DNA of 64,000 nt from Bacteroidia bacterium (lineage in GTDB: Bacteria; Bacteroidota; Bacteroidia; UBA7662): NCBI GenBank assembly GCA_049431025.1, contig JBMTCP010000008.1, forward strand, positions 7,105 to 71,104. The letters are read 5' to 3'. The translations under genes were made by a program, and so were the position numbers. The notes beneath the pieces are model-generated. The model saw nothing but the letters and a program-made list of their open reading frames with translations. It had not been told where the DNA came from and made no database searches. This document shows positions 48,699 to 58,837 of the stretch, one piece after another; position 1 is the stretch's first letter; every line of letters begins with the position of its first letter.

Positions 48699-51600
48699 TC
48701 CGCCCAAATCCTCGCAATGGTAGGCTCTGCGGCCGCGACGGTAAGCAGGCCCGGTGGTGGCACCCTCGTTCTTGGCCCGAAGCGCTTTTTCGACAAGCTT
48801 TTTGCGGAGTAAGTCCCGTTGGTTTTGGGCAGCTTGGTCTGCTTCGTATTCGTAGGCAGTTCGGCCTTCAACGATGGTGTGCAGGGGATGGCTGTAAACC
48901 GACAAGGGGTGACCGTTCCATAACACCAGATCAGCTTCTTTGTTGGGCTCAATGCTGCCCACGCGCTGGTCAATGCGCAGCATACGGGCCGGGTTGATGG
49001 TCACCATATTCAGCGCTGCTTCTTCGTCCAAGCCGCCGTAACGAACCGCTTTGGCGGCTTCTTGGTTAAGGCGCCGTGCCATTTCGGCGTCATCGGAATT
49101 GATGGCCACGTTGACCCCCATGCGGTGCAAAATCGCCGCATTGTAGGGAATCGCATCGATAACCTCGTATTTGTAAGCCCACCAATCGGCAAAAGAGCTG
49201 GCGTTGACCCCGTGGGCTTTCATTTTGTCCGCCACCTTAAAGCCTTCCAAAATGTGGGTGAAGGTGTTGACCTTGAAGCCTACCGAGTCGGCCACCTTCA
49301 TCAACATGTTGATTTCGGATTGGACATAGGAGTGGCAGGTGATATGCCTTTGGTTTTGTCGAATTTCCTGAAGGGCTTCCATGGTCAGGTCTTTGCGGTG
49401 AAGTTGGGTTGACTTCTGACGGTTCTTTTGGTATTCGATGGAACGCAGGAAGCCGTCCAAAATCGTTTGTTCAACCCCCATGCGGGTTTGCGGAAAACGA
49501 ACGGTGTTACGATCGCCCCAATTGGATTGCTTGACGTTTTCGCCCAAGGCAAATTTGATGAAACCGGGAGCCCCTTCGAATTTGAGCAGTTCCGGATCGG
49601 TAACACCCCAACGCATGCGGATAAGTTGGGTTTGTCCGCCGATGGAATTGGCCGAGCCGTGGAGCAGGTGGCTGGTGGTGACGCCGCCGGCCAGTTGGCG
49701 GTAGATGTTGGGGTCATCCGGATCGAGGGCATCCCCGATGCGCACTTCGGAGGTAATGGACCGGGTGCCTTCGTTCACGCCCCTGGTGATGGCAATATGG
49801 CTGTGTTCGTCGATAAGGCCCGGGGTAAGGTGGAGGCCGGCGGCGTAGAGGGTTCGGAAGGGGTTTGGGCCAAAAATCTTTTTGGGGTCCAATCCGGTTC
49901 CGACCGCGATGATTTTGCCGTTCATGACTGCAACGTCGGCGTTCGGAAGGCGTCCTTGAGGACCGCAGGTCCAAACGGTTGCCTCGCGAATCAGCCAGGA
50001 ATTGGCCGTGGAGCGCATCCCCGACGTTTGCCCCAGGCCGGCGGGGAGGCCCAGGTCGGCCATGGGTTCAAGGCGCAGGCTATCCCAGGGCTCGGGCAGG
50101 TGTTGGGCAAGGCTGTTGGTTTTGGAGGAATCCGACGAGCGTTCCTGGGCGGTTTTGGTCTTGGTGGTATCGTTGAGCAAGGCCTCGGCCCAAAAATTTT
50201 GGGGATTTTGGCTGGCGTTATTGGTCGTTCCGTAGATTTTCCCGTCCCGGTACCAAACCAAAGCCTGCAAGGGGTTGGGGAAGCCGGCTACTTTGTGTTT
50301 CCAAGTCAGCTTAAGGAAGGTTCCTGTGACCTCGGAACCGGCCTCGATGGGGGTGCTGTCGTTAAGATGCAGAACAAATACCGGCGTGGCGGATTTGAGG
50401 CCGGAAGAAGGGCCGGAGGGTTGGCGAATTTCAAGGATTTTGCCGTTCAGCATATCGCCTTGAATTTGGTAGCGGCCGCTGGCCCAATGGGAGGTGCTTG
50501 GCCAGGGCTTGACCGGAAAGGCCTGGCCCTGTATCCAAACGGCACGAATTTCGCAGTTGGCTTTGAAAAGGGTATCGCTGGCGACTACCAGGTGGGCGTA
50601 TTGACCGGGCGCTATGGAGCCCAAAACCGAATCCAAACCGAGCAATCGGGCCGGGGTTGTGGTCAGGGCGGCCAGGGCATCGTCAAAGGAAAGCCCGGCA
50701 GCGATGGCTTTGCGAACAGCGGCCGCGAAGCCGTCAATCTTGTCCAAACCGTTGGAGGTGAGGGCGATGGGGACGCCGGCTTTGCGCAGCAAAGCGGCAT
50801 TGGCAGGGGCCTGGTCCCAATGGACCAAGGACCCCAGGCCTATGCGGCGGGCCTCCACGGGATCGCTGAGGTCAGGAACCTCCGGAAAGCGCAGGGGAAG
50901 CACGACGGGGCGACCCAAGGCCCGCACGGCGTCCAGGTACATGTACTCCTCCCCGGTGCCTTTGTAAACAAAGGTCCGGTTGAACTCCTTGGCAATACGT
51001 TCGGCCCGAAGTATATCGTATTTGTTGTTGGTAACAAAAAATTGAGGAAGCCCGGCGGTACGTCCAATGCTCTCCAAATTCAGGTCGGTAAAATCCCGGT
51101 TTTTTCCAAGGGACCGGTACCATTGTTCATCGTACAGGGTCTGCCGTAACAATGCAATGCATCCCATGAGCGACGAAGGGTAGTCCTGGGTACTGCTGCC
51201 TTTTTCGAAACTCCAAAAAGCCCCGCTTTCTTTGCGGAGTATTGCCCTATGCGCACCGGGTCCTTCAGGATGATGCGCCTCGATGGCCCCCGGTGTTTCG
51301 GGTCCGAGCGGAGCCAATAAAACCGAGGTACCCCGGGCTAAACCATCGGCTATATGGGCGTTGACCGCCCCAAATCCCGCATTGCGGTAGGATTCAGCCC
51401 ACTTATTATCCGGTTTGAACTCGTTGGAAGCCACCTGATCGGCACGGATCGCGTCATTGGCTCCGTAAGCCCCCAAACGGGTTGGGGTCATCTGGGGGTT
51501 TTCCCGCCAAACCCGGCCCGTGGCGCTACTGCTTCGGCCCGTAGGCACCTCCCCCATTAACTCAACCAGGGCAGGAAACAACCAATGACCCCGCAAATCC

Positions 51601-51938
51601 ACTACCGTGGCATCCGATGGCGGGTTAAGGCCCTTACCAACCGCCACAATGCGGCCGTTACGCTCCAGCAACATGGCCGAATCCAAGACACGACCCGGAC
51701 CCAAATAAATGCGGGCGTTGGTAAAAAGGTGAGCGGAGGTTCGTTGATCACGAACCCCGTTGAACGGCAAATGGGATTGGGCGCTTGCCAACCAAGTCAC
51801 CCCAAGGGCAGACCACGCCATTCCGAGTAAAAGTCCTAAGGCAAGAACCCGTACGGTTCTTTTCCGGCTATGCAAAAGGTTTAGGCTAAACATGCACCAA
51901 ATTAAGGGGAATGGAATGAAATTTGCCCCAAGACTCAA
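48642..51938 (-). CDS. secreted amidohydrolase family protein with two tandem metal-dependent hydrolase (TIM-barrel amidohydrolase) domains
   Basis: 1098 aa. Signal peptide. Two HxH-type amidohydrolase modules (IDEHSHIAI, and GLVELMGEV...). Acidic repeat tail. Confidence 0.7.
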   Translation of the reverse strand: MSLGANFIPFPLIWCMFSLNLLHSRKRTVRVLALGLLLGMAWSALGVTWLASAQSHLPFNGVRDQRTSAHLFTNARIYLGPGRVLDSAMLLERNGRIVAVGKGLNPPSDATVVDLRGHWLFPALVELMGEVPTGRSSSATGRVWRENPQMTPTRLGAYGANDAIRADQVASNEFKPDNKWAESYRNAGFGAVNAHIADGLARGTSVLLAPLGPETPGAIEAHHPEGPGAHRAILRKESGAFWSFEKGSSTQDYPSSLMGCIALLRQTLYDEQWYRSLGKNRDFTDLNLESIGRTAGLPQFFVTNNKYDILRAERIAKEFNRTFVYKGTGEEYMYLDAVRALGRPVVLPLRFPEVPDLSDPVEARRIGLGSLVHWDQAPANAALLRKAGVPIALTSNGLDKIDGFAAAVRKAIAAGLSFDDALAALTTTPARLLGLDSVLGSIAPGQYAHLVVASDTLFKANCEIRAVWIQGQAFPVKPWPSTSHWASGRYQIQGDMLNGKILEIRQPSGPSSGLKSATPVFVLHLNDSTPIEAGSEVTGTFLKLTWKHKVAGFPNPLQALVWYRDGKIYGTTNNASQNPQNFWAEALLNDTTKTKTAQERSSDSSKTNSLAQHLPEPWDSLRLEPMADLGLPAGLGQTSGMRSTANSWLIREATVWTCGPQGRLPNADVAVMNGKIIAVGTGLDPKKIFGPNPFRTLYAAGLHLTPGLIDEHSHIAITRGVNEGTRSITSEVRIGDALDPDDPNIYRQLAGGVTTSHLLHGSANSIGGQTQLIRMRWGVTDPELLKFEGAPGFIKFALGENVKQSNWGDRNTVRFPQTRMGVEQTILDGFLRSIEYQKNRQKSTQLHRKDLTMEALQEIRQNQRHITCHSYVQSEINMLMKVADSVGFKVNTFTHILEGFKVADKMKAHGVNASSFADWWAYKYEVIDAIPYNAAILHRMGVNVAINSDDAEMARRLNQEAAKAVRYGGLDEEAALNMVTINPARMLRIDQRVGSIEPNKEADLVLWNGHPLSVYSHPLHTIVEGRTAYEYEADQAAQNQRDLLRKKLVEKALRAKNEGATTGPAYRRGRRAYHCEDLGGLHDQDLHEEILDDQDLHE

Positions 51939-51950
51939 CCTTTTTACCCT

Positions 51951-52667
51951 ATGATGACCGGCCTACTTCACACCCACACCCTAAGCGTTGTGCTTTTTTT
52001 GTTGATTTACTTGACCAAAGCGGTGCTCCTTTGGACCAACCCAAACCGCTTGGAATCCTTTAACAAAAGATTGAAGATTCCCGAAATGGTGGTTTCCACC
52101 CTTTTCTTGTTGACCGGTTTGGCCTTGGCCTATAACAACGCCAGCATTGGGGTAGGTTCTTGGTTCTGGATCAAATTGGGTGCTGTTTTTGTGGCCATAC
52201 CCTTGGCCGTGATCGGTTATCGTCGCCATAACAAAGCCTGGGCCACCCTCTCCCTGCTTTTGATTGTCTATGCCTACGGTGTTTCCGAAACCAAATCAGC
52301 CCGGATGAACAAAAAAGACTTTGCCGAAGCCGGTCGTCAACTCGCTCTTCAGGCTCATCCCGAGCTCTCGGCGGTGGTTACCGAACCCATGGACAGCAGC
52401 GGCAAAACCAACAGCAATTACGATTTGGTTGCCCACGGCAAATCTGTTTTTTTGGCCCAATGCGCCTTGTGTCATGGCGAAGACGGTAAAAAAGGCCTTG
52501 GAGGCGCCAAAAATCTCCAAGAAACCCGTTTGGACAAAAATCAAATAATGGACCTTTTGCTCAACGGCAAAAACACCATGCCCTCGTATCGAAATGTGTT
52601 AAGCCAACAGGAAATGATGGCCGTTGTGGCTTATGTTAAAATTCAATTTGCCCCCCAAGGTCATTAA
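51951..52667 (+). CDS. membrane-anchored cytochrome c family protein
   Basis: Four N-terminal TM helices and a C-terminal CALCHG heme-binding motif with Met ligand region. Confidence 0.65.
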   Translation: MMTGLLHTHTLSVVLFLLIYLTKAVLLWTNPNRLESFNKRLKIPEMVVSTLFLLTGLALAYNNASIGVGSWFWIKLGAVFVAIPLAVIGYRRHNKAWATLSLLLIVYAYGVSETKSARMNKKDFAEAGRQLALQAHPELSAVVTEPMDSSGKTNSNYDLVAHGKSVFLAQCALCHGEDGKKGLGGAKNLQETRLDKNQIMDLLLNGKNTMPSYRNVLSQQEMMAVVAYVKIQFAPQGH

Positions 52668-52680
52668 GTCCCTTTGTTGA

Positions 52681-53676
52681 ATGGCATTTGCGCCCGCCGA
52701 CCGTTTGGAACTCCAGTGGTCCTACAACGGCTCTCGTTGGGGGCATCAAGACCCCCTCTTGTTCATGGGCTCTTGCTTTGCCGAACGCATGGGTTTGCGT
52801 TTACATCGACATCTTTTTGATGTGGTTTGGCAACCGGCCGGCACGCTTTTTGACCCGCTTTCCTTGCATCATCAGGTCAAAGCGTACCTGGGTTTGGCCC
52901 GCGATGGTCATCACGGGTTGGATTTGGAGGATTGGGTCGCCAGAGACGGGGTCTGGCATCGCTGGGACATGCATTCGGATTGTTCCGATACCGACCGGGA
53001 CAGAGCTATCCAAAAACTAAAATCCGCCCTTCAACGCGGAGCCGAACAGCTTTCCAGGGCCCATACCCTGGTTTTGACCCTGGGTACGGCCTATGTCTAT
53101 TTTTTGGCCAGCGATGGCCGTCCGGTCGCCAATTGCCATCGTTTTCCAGCAGCCCATTTTGAACGACGTCTGGTGACGGTGGAAGTCATGCAAGCCCTTT
53201 GGGAGGAATTGTTGGAGCAAATTCAAGCCTGGCGACCTGACCTTCAGGTTTGGTTTACCGTAAGTCCGGTTCGGCATGCCCGCGATGGTTTGGTGGAAAA
53301 CAACCGAAGCAAAGCGCGTTTATTGGAATTAGCGCATCGCCTGACCGAAGGCTCCCAGGGACGAACCTATTTCCCTTCGTACGAATGGCAAATTGATGTG
53401 TTACGAGATTACCGTTATTACGACACCGACCTGGTTCACCCCAACTATGCGGCAACCGCCTTTCTGTACGATCGCCTTGTTCAGTACGCCATGAAACCCG
53501 AAACAGTGGCCCTGTTGCCCCGACTGGAGTCCTTGGTGACCGCCGATGCACATCGTTCCCGTTTGCCGGATAGCCCTGGTAATCAGTTGTTTGAAAAACA
53601 ACGCGAACAGCAATGGCTGGAACTTTTCCAGGATCACCCGTATTTGGCTCAACGCCGTAATCGACCCACTTCATGA
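52681..53676 (+). CDS. GSCFA family protein
   Basis: Contains the eponymous MGSCFAE motif near the N-terminus; 331 aa. Confidence 0.7.
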   Translation: MAFAPADRLELQWSYNGSRWGHQDPLLFMGSCFAERMGLRLHRHLFDVVWQPAGTLFDPLSLHHQVKAYLGLARDGHHGLDLEDWVARDGVWHRWDMHSDCSDTDRDRAIQKLKSALQRGAEQLSRAHTLVLTLGTAYVYFLASDGRPVANCHRFPAAHFERRLVTVEVMQALWEELLEQIQAWRPDLQVWFTVSPVRHARDGLVENNRSKARLLELAHRLTEGSQGRTYFPSYEWQIDVLRDYRYYDTDLVHPNYAATAFLYDRLVQYAMKPETVALLPRLESLVTADAHRSRLPDSPGNQLFEKQREQQWLELFQDHPYLAQRRNRPTS

Positions 53677-54569
53677 AAATATGGTTTTTATTTTTGCTGA
53701 GCTTAATCTGCGGTTCAGCCTCGGGCCAATCCCTGCACGGCTTTGACCTCCAAGGTCATCGGGGCTATCGAGCCCTTTGGCCCGAAAATACCTGGCTTGG
53801 CATGAAGGCCGCTTTGGAAGCCGGGGTAGCTACCCTCGAAATGGATGTGGTCATCAGCAAGGACCTTCAAGTTGTGTTATCCCACGAGCCCTGGATGAAT
53901 GCCGAAATTTGTGCAACACCGTCCGCTCTGAATTTGTACCAAATGGATTACGCGCAAATCCGTTCCTACGATTGTGGGAGCCCATCGGGGCATCCCCGAT
54001 TCGCTCACCAACGGCCTTGGCCTTCCCCCAAACCCCTGCTGAAGGAGATTTTTGATTCTGTACGGGTTTATTGCAAGGACATGGGGCGGGTTTTACCCCT
54101 ATGGAATATCGAAATCAAGTCAAGACAGGAATGGGACGGGGTTTTTCACCCCTCACCGGAGGACTATGTTCGCTTGGTCCTGGACGTTGTGACGGCATCG
54201 GGCATGAAAGACCGTTGCATGATTCAAAGCTTTGACCGAAGAATACCGCCTTGCGTTTTTGCGCTTGATTCCACCGTGGAGTTGGTGGTTTTGGAAGAAT
54301 ACCGTAGGAATCCCTTCAAAACCAAGGTGGCACAGCGCACCTTGGACGCCGTGGTCGTACCGGTGGGAACCTATGCTCCGCAGTACCGGATGGTTACCCG
54401 GCGTTTGGTTCGTCGGATGCACCAAAAAGGGATACGCGTTGTTCCCTGGACGGTTAACGAGCCGAAGGCTATGCGTCGTCTCCTCCAAATGGGGGTGGAT
54501 GGTCTGATTACCGATGATCCGGCCATTTTCATGCGCCTCAAATTCCCAAGGGCAGGTCAAACGCCTTAG
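53673..54569 (+). CDS. glycerophosphodiester phosphodiesterase family protein, secreted
   Basis: Signal peptide. [12 protein letters not shown] catalytic His-Arg motif and EMDV; 298 aa. ATGA overlap with the GSCFA gene. Confidence 0.8.
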   Translation: MKIWFLFLLSLICGSASGQSLHGFDLQGHRGYRALWPENTWLGMKAALEAGVATLEMDVVISKDLQVVLSHEPWMNAEICATPSALNLYQMDYAQIRSYDCGSPSGHPRFAHQRPWPSPKPLLKEIFDSVRVYCKDMGRVLPLWNIEIKSRQEWDGVFHPSPEDYVRLVLDVVTASGMKDRCMIQSFDRRIPPCVFALDSTVELVVLEEYRRNPFKTKVAQRTLDAVVVPVGTYAPQYRMVTRRLVRRMHQKGIRVVPWTVNEPKAMRRLLQMGVDGLITDDPAIFMRLKFPRAGQTP

Positions 54570-54597
54570 TTTTGTTCGGCAAATAGAAACATTTGCC

Positions 54598-56070
54598 ATG
54601 CTGGATTTTACGCAGAGAATTGTCGGGGAGGGATTGACCTACGATGACGTCCTTTTGTTGCCTTCTTATTCCGAAGTACTACCCCGGGATGTCAATATTA
54701 CCGGCAGACTGAGCCGAAACATTGAACTCAAGGTGCCGATTGTTTCGGCGGCCATGGACACGGTGACCGAGTCCGGCATGGCGATTGCCATTGCTCAGAA
54801 TGGTGGACTGGGTATGATTCACAAGAACATGAGCATTGAGCGTCAGGCTCAGGAAGTCCGCAAAGTGAAGCGGTCCGAAAGCGGGTTAATTGTGGATCCC
54901 ATTGTCCTTTCGCGTTCGGCATTGATCGAAGAGGCCCTTCAACTGATGGCCGAGAATCGCATTGGGGGCATTCCGGTGGTGGACGAAAACCGCAAATTGG
55001 TGGGGATCCTGACCAACCGGGACCTGCGCTTTGAAACCGACCCGCAAAAACCCGTCTGGGAGGTCATGACCCGCGAAAACCTGATTACGACCCCTGCGGG
55101 AACCTCCCTGCGTCAGGCCGAAGGGATTTTGCAGGAACACAAAATCGAAAAACTCCCGGTTGTGGATGAAGAGGGCCGCTTGGTGGGTTTGATTACCTAC
55201 AAAGACATTCTCAAAATCAAAGATTTCCCCATGGCCTGCAAAGACCGCATGGGTCGATTGCGGGTGGGGGCAGCGGTGGGCGTTACGGCCGATTTGTCCG
55301 AAAGGGTCCAAGCTTTGGTGCAGGCCGGGGTGGATGTACTGACCGTGGATACGGCCCATGCCCATTCGCGGGGTGTTTTGGAGGCTTTGGGAACGGTCAA
55401 AAAAATTACCGGGGACCGGGTGGATGTGGTAGTTGGTAACATTGCTACCGGTCAAGCAGCCCAAATGTTGGTGGATGCCGGCGCCGATGCCGTCAAAGTG
55501 GGGGTGGGACCCGGCAGCATTTGCACGACCCGGGTAGTGGCCGGCGTTGGGGTTCCTCAATTGACTGCGGTGATGGAAGTGGCGCATGTTTTGCGGGGAA
55601 CAGGGGTTACCCTGATTGCTGACGGAGGCATTCGCTATTCCGGGGATATTGTCAAAGCCTTGGCGGCCGGTGCGGATTGCATTATGGCCGGTTCCATGTT
55701 TGCGGGGGTTGAAGAATCTCCCGGCGAGACCATCATCTACGAAGGTCGCAAATTCAAGACCTACCGCGGTATGGGGTCCATCGAGGCCATGAAAGAAGGG
55801 TCCAAGGACCGCTACTTCCAAGATGCCGAAGACGAAATCAAAAAATTAGTTCCCGAAGGAATCGTGGGCCGTGTTCCCTTCAAGGGCAATTTGTCGGAGG
55901 TCATGTACCAATATATCGGTGGCCTAAAGGCCGGAATGGGTTATTGCGGGGCGGTGGATCTGGAAGCATTGCGTCAAGCGCGCATGGTCAAAATCACCAA
56001 CGCCGGTCTTCGCGAAAGCCACCCGCACGGCATTGATATCACCCGCGAAGCCCCCAATTATTCTCGTTAA
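54598..56070 (+). CDS. guaB: IMP dehydrogenase
   Basis: [11 protein letters not shown]-terminus, tandem CBS domains, catalytic [11 protein letters not shown] loop. Start at ATG 54598. Confidence 0.93.
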   Translation: MLDFTQRIVGEGLTYDDVLLLPSYSEVLPRDVNITGRLSRNIELKVPIVSAAMDTVTESGMAIAIAQNGGLGMIHKNMSIERQAQEVRKVKRSESGLIVDPIVLSRSALIEEALQLMAENRIGGIPVVDENRKLVGILTNRDLRFETDPQKPVWEVMTRENLITTPAGTSLRQAEGILQEHKIEKLPVVDEEGRLVGLITYKDILKIKDFPMACKDRMGRLRVGAAVGVTADLSERVQALVQAGVDVLTVDTAHAHSRGVLEALGTVKKITGDRVDVVVGNIATGQAAQMLVDAGADAVKVGVGPGSICTTRVVAGVGVPQLTAVMEVAHVLRGTGVTLIADGGIRYSGDIVKALAAGADCIMAGSMFAGVEESPGETIIYEGRKFKTYRGMGSIEAMKEGSKDRYFQDAEDEIKKLVPEGIVGRVPFKGNLSEVMYQYIGGLKAGMGYCGAVDLEALRQARMVKITNAGLRESHPHGIDITREAPNYSR

Positions 56071-56104
56071 TCGTTGTTGTAACATCGATGTAATTCTATC
56101 CTTC

Positions 56105-57172
56105 ATGAACCCTGAACAAGAACCTGTAAGCCCCCTTTCCTGGGACGAAACCCTGGAGAACCTGCGCCGCGAAGCGGCGGCCTTTGAGGTGGGTGATGCG
56201 GCGGCGGCCGAAGCCTTTCGCTTGCGCTTCCTCAGCAAGAAGGGCGAGGTGACGCGCTTGTTCGAGGCCTTCAGGGCCCTTAGCGGTCCCGAAAAAAAAT
56301 CCGTGGGGCAGGCCCTGAATGCCCTGCGCCAGGAGGTGGAAGCCCGCTGGAAAGAGGCTTCGGCGGGCCAAGCCCGAGCGGTCGCCGCCTCCGGCGCGAC
56401 CGCCGCCGCCGCCGCCCCCCTTGCCGATCTCCCCGCTCCAATCTGGGGTCGCGGATCCCGGCACCCCTTGTCCCTGACCCGTCGGCTCATGCTGGATTTC
56501 TTTGGAGAGCTGGGCTTCCGCTGGTCCGATGGCCCCGAAATCGTGGACGACTGGCACAACTTTGGGGCGCTGCACTTTGAAGCCGACCACCCGGCCCGGG
56601 ATATGCAAGACACCTTTTTTGTTTCCCTCGATCCGGTATCCCTGCTCCGCACCCATACCTCTTCCGTTCAGGTCAAAGAGATGATGAAGGGCCTGCTCCC
56701 CCTGCGCACCGTTTCTCCGGGCCGAGTTTACCGCAACGAAACTGTTTCGGCCCGTTCGCATTTGCAATTTCACCAGGTCGAAGGCCTGTACATTGACCGC
56801 GATGTCAGCTTTGCCGACCTCAAAAAAGTGCTTTACGATTTTGCCATTCACCTCTTTGGTCCGGAAGTTCAAATTCGTTTTCGTCCTTCCTATTTTCCTT
56901 TCACCGAGCCCTCCGCCGAAATGGATGTTTCGTGTTTCTTGTGTTCCGGACAAGGCTGTCATGTGTGTAAACACAGCGGTTGGGTTGAGATTCTGGGTTG
57001 CGGCATGGTGGACCCTCAGGTTCTCGAAAACTGCGGCATCGACTCCGAAGTTTACAGCGGTTACGCCTTTGGCATAGGTGTTGAACGCCTGACCATGCTT
57101 CGCCACCGCATTCCCGATATACGGCTTTTTTACGAAAACGATTTACGATTTGTTAAACAATTTGGGGTTTGA
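56105..57172 (+). CDS. pheS: phenylalanine--tRNA ligase alpha subunit
   Basis: Class II motifs FEADHPARDMQDTFF, FRPSYFPFTEPSAE, GFAFGIGVERL. Ala-rich low-complexity insertion in the N-terminal coiled-coil region. Confidence 0.9.
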   Translation: MNPEQEPVSPLSWDETLENLRREAAAFEVGDAAAAEAFRLRFLSKKGEVTRLFEAFRALSGPEKKSVGQALNALRQEVEARWKEASAGQARAVAASGATAAAAAPLADLPAPIWGRGSRHPLSLTRRLMLDFFGELGFRWSDGPEIVDDWHNFGALHFEADHPARDMQDTFFVSLDPVSLLRTHTSSVQVKEMMKGLLPLRTVSPGRVYRNETVSARSHLQFHQVEGLYIDRDVSFADLKKVLYDFAIHLFGPEVQIRFRPSYFPFTEPSAEMDVSCFLCSGQGCHVCKHSGWVEILGCGMVDPQVLENCGIDSEVYSGYAFGIGVERLTMLRHRIPDIRLFYENDLRFVKQFGV

Positions 57173-58044
57173 AAACGGAACACGGTTTTGAACGGGTTAT
57201 GGTGGCCGGCGCCGGCACCATGGGTCAGGGCATAGCCCAACTCTGCATCGAAGCCGGTTTGCCCACCCTGCTCTTTGACGTCAACGCCGCCATGCTGACC
57301 AAAGCCAAGGCCGGAATACAGGCCGTTTGGGATGCCCGGGTTGCCAAAGGCCGTTTGGATGCGGAGCAGGTCCGGCTATGGTCCTCCCAACTCAGCTTTA
57401 GCGACCGCAGCGAGGACCTTAGGGGGGATTTGCTCATCGAGGCGGTGGTGGAATCCGCTCCTGTCAAAAGAACCCTCTTTGCGACGGTCGAAGCCCAGAA
57501 CGGCCCCCAAACCGTTTTGGCCAGCAATACCTCGTCCATTCCCATGGAACAACTTGCTCAGGGACTGGCCAGGCCCGAGCGGGTGGTTGGCCTGCACTTT
57601 TTTAACCCGGCACCGGTCATGAAACTCGTGGAGGTGATTCGCGGACCCGGGACTTCGGCCGAGGTTGCCGAGAAGGTGGATGCCCTGGCCCAAACCATGG
57701 GCAAAATCGTGGTTCATGCCCAAGACTCCCCCGGTTTTATTGTGAACCGGGTCGCGAGGCCGTATTACGCCGAAAGCCTCCGTATCGTGGGCGAAGGCGG
57801 ACTAACACCCGTTGAGGTGGACCGTCTCATGGAATCGGTGGGTTTTCGGATGGGCCCGTTCCGACTCATGGACCTGATCGGCGTGGACACCAATTTGGCC
57901 GTAACCACCTCCGTTTATGAGGGCTTGGGTCAACCGGCCCGCTTTGAACCCCACCCTCTCCAGCAGAACAAAGTCGCTCAAGGCCATAACGGACGCAAAA
58001 GCGGTCGTGGCTTTTACGATTATACCCTCCCCAACCCCTTATGA
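57169..58044 (+). CDS. 3-hydroxyacyl-CoA (3-hydroxybutyryl-CoA) dehydrogenase
   Basis: NAD-binding VMVAGAGTMGQGIAQ; conserved HFFNPAP and NRV motifs; 291 aa. Confidence 0.85.
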   Translation: MKTEHGFERVMVAGAGTMGQGIAQLCIEAGLPTLLFDVNAAMLTKAKAGIQAVWDARVAKGRLDAEQVRLWSSQLSFSDRSEDLRGDLLIEAVVESAPVKRTLFATVEAQNGPQTVLASNTSSIPMEQLAQGLARPERVVGLHFFNPAPVMKLVEVIRGPGTSAEVAEKVDALAQTMGKIVVHAQDSPGFIVNRVARPYYAESLRIVGEGGLTPVEVDRLMESVGFRMGPFRLMDLIGVDTNLAVTTSVYEGLGQPARFEPHPLQQNKVAQGHNGRKSGRGFYDYTLPNPL

Positions 58045-58487
58045 GCCTTTCTCTACGCCTGGCTGGACTCTTTTGGGTCATGGCTACCCTCTTGACCCCC
58101 CTTCAGGGATGCCGAGGGCGGGTTCCCGCCGACCAAATCCCCCAGGTCCCGGTGGATTTTAGCCTAAACCTCCAGCTTCCCACCTATAATCACCTGCAAT
58201 TGGTGGGTCAATACGCCTATATCGACGCCGGTTACCGGGGAATTCTTCTGTACCGTTCGGGTTTGGACCGGCTCCAGGCCTTTGATCGTGCCTGCACCTA
58301 TGCTCCCAGTCAAACCTGCCACAAGGTTGCGGTGGTGGACTCCCTGATGCTGGCCCAATGCGAATGCTGCGAATCCCGCTTTGGTCTCCAGGACGGGCAG
58401 CCCTTTCGAGGCCCCGCCGGCTGGCCCTTACGCTCCTACCGGGTCTTTTTTGATGAAGTCAGTGGCTCGGTGAGGATTACCAATTAA
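58041..58487 (+). CDS. lipoprotein with degenerate Rieske-like [2Fe-2S] domain
   Basis: Lipobox LTPLQGC. The C-terminal fold pattern (GILLYRSG...AFDRACTYAPSQTCHKV...AQCECCESRFGLQDGQPFRGPAGWPLRSYRV) parallels the Rieske CxH...CxxHGSxF...GPA arrangement, but with Cys/Tyr in place of His ligands. Confidence 0.5.
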   Translation: MSLSLRLAGLFWVMATLLTPLQGCRGRVPADQIPQVPVDFSLNLQLPTYNHLQLVGQYAYIDAGYRGILLYRSGLDRLQAFDRACTYAPSQTCHKVAVVDSLMLAQCECCESRFGLQDGQPFRGPAGWPLRSYRVFFDEVSGSVRITN

Positions 58488-58563
58488 GTCCAGCCCAAAC
58501 ATTGGAGCCCCGTTAAACCTTGGGCGAGGCGGATAGTCCATAAGGCCGAACAGTCCATACGCC

Positions 58564-58824
58564 ATGAAAATCAGCCAGAATATCGCCATCTCCGAGAACG
58601 GTTTTATGTTCAACCCCGCCACCGGGGATTCCTTTAGCACCAACGAAACGGGCAAGGAGATTATCCGACTTCTTCAGGAAGGCAAAAACCAAGCCCAAAT
58701 CCTGGATGCCCTGGAAAGTCATTTTGCGACCGACCGCGCTTCCCTCGAAAAGGACCTCGCTGATTTTTTGTACATGCTGGGCAATTACCGCATCCTGGAC
58801 GTGAACATCGGCCAGACCCGCTAA
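58564..58824 (+). CDS. PqqD-family protein (RiPP recognition element-like peptide chaperone)
   Basis: 86 aa. FNPATGDSFSTNETGKEIIRLL...EKDLADFLYMLGNYRIL follows the PqqD/RRE winged-helix pattern. Confidence 0.7.
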   Translation: MKISQNIAISENGFMFNPATGDSFSTNETGKEIIRLLQEGKNQAQILDALESHFATDRASLEKDLADFLYMLGNYRILDVNIGQTR

Positions 58825-58837
58825 TTCCATAGGTTTT

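Noticed and set aside
49428-51149. 573-aa plus-strand ORF antisense to the tandem amidohydrolase gene
   Set aside because: It is a Gly/Ala/Val-rich low-complexity translation with no domain signature. The minus-strand frame has clear amidohydrolase motifs and a signal peptide.
54886-55821. 311-aa minus-strand ORF overlapping guaB
   Set aside because: guaB on the plus strand is unambiguous (CBS domains, catalytic loop). The antisense frame is His/Gly/Pro-rich with no motifs.
56096-57106. 336-aa minus-strand ORF opposite pheS
   Set aside because: It mirrors the GC- and Ala-rich pheS coding sequence. pheS has all class II aaRS motifs; the antisense product is low complexity.
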